From Octopus sinensis (lineage: Eukaryota): a stretch of DNA of 64,000 nucleotides. Below the pieces are notes generated by a model, which ran no database searches, was not told the DNA's origin, and saw nothing but the letters and a program-made list of their open reading frames with translations. The stretch spans positions 64,728,001 through 64,792,000 of the forward strand of contig NC_043001.1 in NCBI RefSeq assembly GCF_006345805.1. The letters run 5' to 3'. This document shows, one piece after another, positions 60,945-64,000 of the stretch; positions within the stretch are counted from its first letter, which is position 1, and each line of letters opens with the position of its first letter. The position numbers and the translations under genes were made by a program.

Positions 60945-62194
60945 GTAATAAAGTAGCCTTCAGTACAACCTGCATAACACTAGCCTTTCATATTTTGCAC
61001 TGTATGAACATTACCTTACATAGGTCGAGACTAGGGGTAGGGATGGTGAAAGAGCATTTGCAGTCTTCATGGGAAGCAACCCCGGGATGGCAAAGAATAG
61101 GAACTTCCGGCATGTGTGGAGGGGGTGGGAGGGCGGGTGCACCGTAACTTAGAAAGAGGTTCTGTTAATCGTGTGAGCTAGAAAATAGGTTTGAAAGATC
61201 AGAAGGAATGAGGATTTTTATGGGAAAGATAAGTGGCTATGAACAAGACTAAATGAAAAAAATGTTTGAGCTAGACAGGGTAATGAGGGAATACTGAAAG
61301 AATGAGGAACAATACAATGAGATAGTAATCGAAGAATAGTGAAAGAATAATGATGATACGTGCAAAGATAGAAGGACAACAAAATTTATACGGACATTTG
61401 TATCAGTTTACATGACTTCCTTATGATCTGACGAATGGTGTCACTTGTTTTCAGCAAATTATTGATAATTTCATGAATCAAAATAAATTGGAAAAGACTC
61501 ATGCTTATTTAGATAATATTGCAATTGGTGGTAACACTAAAGAAGAACACAATATTAATCTTTCTAGGTTTTTGGATTGTGCAAAAAGGTACAATATTGT
61601 GTTAAATAAGAATAAGTGTGTGTTTAATACTATATCTATTAATATTTTGGGATATCAGATAAGCCATAATGAACTTCGACCTGACCCGTCATGCTTTTCT
61701 TCTCTGGAAGGTATGCCTTTACCACAAAATAAAAAGTCTTTGTCACGTATTTTGGGATTATTTGCATACTATTCAAAATGAATAAGTATAAATTAAAGTG
61801 TGTGTATTGTTTGCAAGAGCTGGTCGAATTGTAAGCAAATAAAGCCTAAGTTCACTGCTTTCTTTTTCTAACTATCGGTATACTTTACTAGGTAAGACAT
61901 ATTTTCATCTCCTGCCTAGCATTCACTTCAGACTCCCCAGTTTGTCTTATCTTTTCACTTTTCATTCTTTTCTTTCCTTCTGTCTTTCTTCCCTTCAATC
62001 TCATCTTCCTATTCTTCTCCTGAACCCTCTCATCATACCTTTAGAATACAAGCACCATTATTTTCTTTTGTTTTTTGGTTAGTTTTTGTCATGTAGTGTC
62101 CCACATTTTGAAATACTTGCAATTTGTATTTTTACTGGTTATGTTTGATTCACTTGATATACTTCCAAAATTAAACATTTTAATATACAAAATA

Positions 62195-62546
62195 TACTTA
62201 GCGAAGGCAGAGGTATTGTTTTCAGTCGTGTTTGTTTGTTTGTCTGTGGACAAGAACTGTTTGATGGATTCAGATGAAACTTTCAGGGATGTTTTGCTTT
62301 GTAACTGACATGAACTAATTAGATTTTAGGATCAATCCAGTACTGGACAAGGATTCTGGATTATTGTTCCTGTTTTTTACTTAATGTTTGAGAGTGGTTG
62401 GGTTCATTTTTAGTAGTCTTGTTTGTGAAAGCAGTTGAATTTATTTCAGATATTCTCATTTTAAAAATTATCTCTGGCTAATCGTTGAGAGGATGTTCAT
62501 GTTGCCTTGGCAGAGGTTAGGTTTGTGCTCTCTGAGTGCTCTTGTT
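62195..62546 (+). mobile_element. Helentron/DINE-like non-autonomous element
   Basis: 5' gcgaaggcagagg..(GTTT)n and 3' gccttggcagagg..gtgctctctgagtgc hairpin end. Confidence 0.55.
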
Positions 62547-62699
62547 ACATATACTATACATTACTCATTTAAATCAAATCAAAAATACATAAATGTATAT
62601 CATACTGTTTTCAGTTTTTTTCAAATTGTTAACTGAAAAAATATTCAATTTTCCATCTAACAATGTTGGACAAGTAAGTTTTAATAAATTAATCAAAAA

Positions 62700-64000
62700 T
62701 AATTAAGGGAAACCCAACTTTTCTAATATGAAATTGTTGATTTGTTTGTACTTTGGATTTTTTTCTTTATTATCAGCTCTGTGTACTATGTCAAATTCAC
62801 CAAAAACAAAAGTGGGAAAAATTTCAGATTCCTTTCGTGCTGCAACATGTCAAGAGAATGCAGGATCTTCAGAGATACAATTTAGGAAACATGTCAAGAA
62901 GTGCCACTGAAATTTTGCGCATCCCAAAAATAATTTGTACCTGGAAAGACATTCAACTTTCCCAAGAATGCAAAGAAATGCTCATACTGCCAGTTTGGTT
63001 CAAGGAAGCCCTGTGGTTTCGTTATGATATTCAGCATGATGTTGTTATCTGTTGGTATTGTCTGGAAGGAGTTCAGCATAACAGAATTACAATGCCTAAG
63101 GAAATTACCGTCTTCACTTGTGTACATAACTGGGGCAATATTACATGAAAAATCGCTGCACATAGCCATTCTGGTCACCACATGAAAGCAGTTAGCATTT
63201 TTGGCTAAAAACAGACATACCTATGACTGAGTAAGCAGCCAATTTCGTAACAAGAAGTAGCCTAGCCAGCATTAAAAATTATTTTCAAAGTGGTCAGATT
63301 CTGTGGTAAGCAAGACCTAGCATTTCAAGGGTCTGAACATGATGCAGGAAACTTCATATATCTCGTAAAAAAAACTTGCCCAAGAATGCAGTGCAGAAGT
63401 AAGTCAGTGGCTTAAATGTTGAGATAATATCCTATCTGATACTATACAAAATTAAATCCTACCGCATATGCTCATAATATCCTGTATGAGATTAGAAAAA
63501 AAAGTTGAAGATTTCATGTTTAGTGGTATAATATATAATGTCACTACTGATTGTTCTGGCATGAAGCAAGAATCAATCATTGTCTGTTATATTTCTTTAA
63601 GACCTGGGTGCCCACAAAAATTTTCTCGATTTTTATAATCCTTTTGACTGGTCTTCAGAGACACTAAGGTTATTCTGGACGTTTTTTGCCTCTTAAACAT
63701 TTCGCTTGGCTCAAAATTATGCTGCTTTTCATTTGATGGCACAAGTATTTTGAGTGGAAACATTTCAGGCATACAAAAGAGATTAAAAGATGTTTCCTGC
63801 TACATATTTTGTACATTGTGAAAACCACTCTCTAGACCCTGTCCTCCAAGAAGTTAGTTCTACAGTTGCCATTATAGCTGATGCACTGAACTTTGTTCAC
63901 CAATGTGCCATTCTTCTGCTGAGTCACCAAAAAGAAAAGTGCAATGAACAAGCCTTTGTTGTGAAGTCATGTTGCAAGCCATGTATCCAACACATTGGTG
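62700..64000 (+). pseudogene. hAT-superfamily transposase remnant (TTF-type zinc finger), runs off the window
   Basis: WF..W..YD...C..C; SFDGTSILSG..SGIQ; FVHCENHSLDLVLQ; many stops. Confidence 0.8.

Larger units (their letters stand above)
57337..61355 (-). mobile_element. Near-full-length RTE LINE
   Basis: 5' UTR, AP-endonuclease + RT ORF, repeat-rich 3' UTR, GAT-type tail; ~44 bp deletion near 58980 relative to the copy at 47950-47990. Confidence 0.97.
53736..61890 (+). mobile_element. Gypsy LTR element, split by two LINE-type insertions and internally deleted
   Basis: 5' LTR 53736-54059 + 55671-55740; gag with CYRCG..H and CRKC..GH..C; ALLDTGS protease; RT split after LDLHSAYH and resuming at LYQF.RLP.G.TNG, AYLDNI; partial 3' LTR from 61778. 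Confidence 0.9.

Noticed and set aside
60950-61355. HDV-like ribozyme expected in some RTE 5' UTRs
   Set aside because: Could not build the P1/P2/P3/P1.1 nested pseudoknot by eye; needs a descriptor search (e.g. RNArobo)

Overview
AT-rich, microsatellite-dense eukaryotic DNA. The SINE and RTE families look like those of coleoid cephalopods (probably Octopus); this is recognition, not a database hit. The window is almost entirely nested, mostly decayed transposable elements: RTE-clade LINEs (one near-full-length copy at 57.3-61.4 kb), an L1/Tx1-clade LINE and related ORF1-only elements, R4/Dong-like RLE LINEs next to TACA/TG microsatellites, Penelope-like elements (PLEs), four Gypsy-type LTR elements plus a putative solo LTR, Tc1, mariner and DD37D transposons, a hAT remnant, Helitron-type non-autonomous elements and tRNA-derived SINEs. 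Only one plausible host exon was seen (66 nt, 34377-34442). The most interesting signal is a set of minimal type-I hammerhead-ribozyme-like motifs in several unrelated short repeat families. Two of these units (about 555 and 360 bp) are inserted as slightly-more-than-one-unit copies plus an inverted copy, as expected for PLE pseudo-LTRs or retrozyme-like elements copied from circular RNA. Also notable: two LINEs with a 5'-inversion (twin-priming-like) layout, a PHD-type finger inside the RTE reverse transcriptase, and an ORF1-only element with a target-site duplication verifiable from the sister LTR. No intact protein-coding gene, rRNA, tRNA or CRISPR array is supported.
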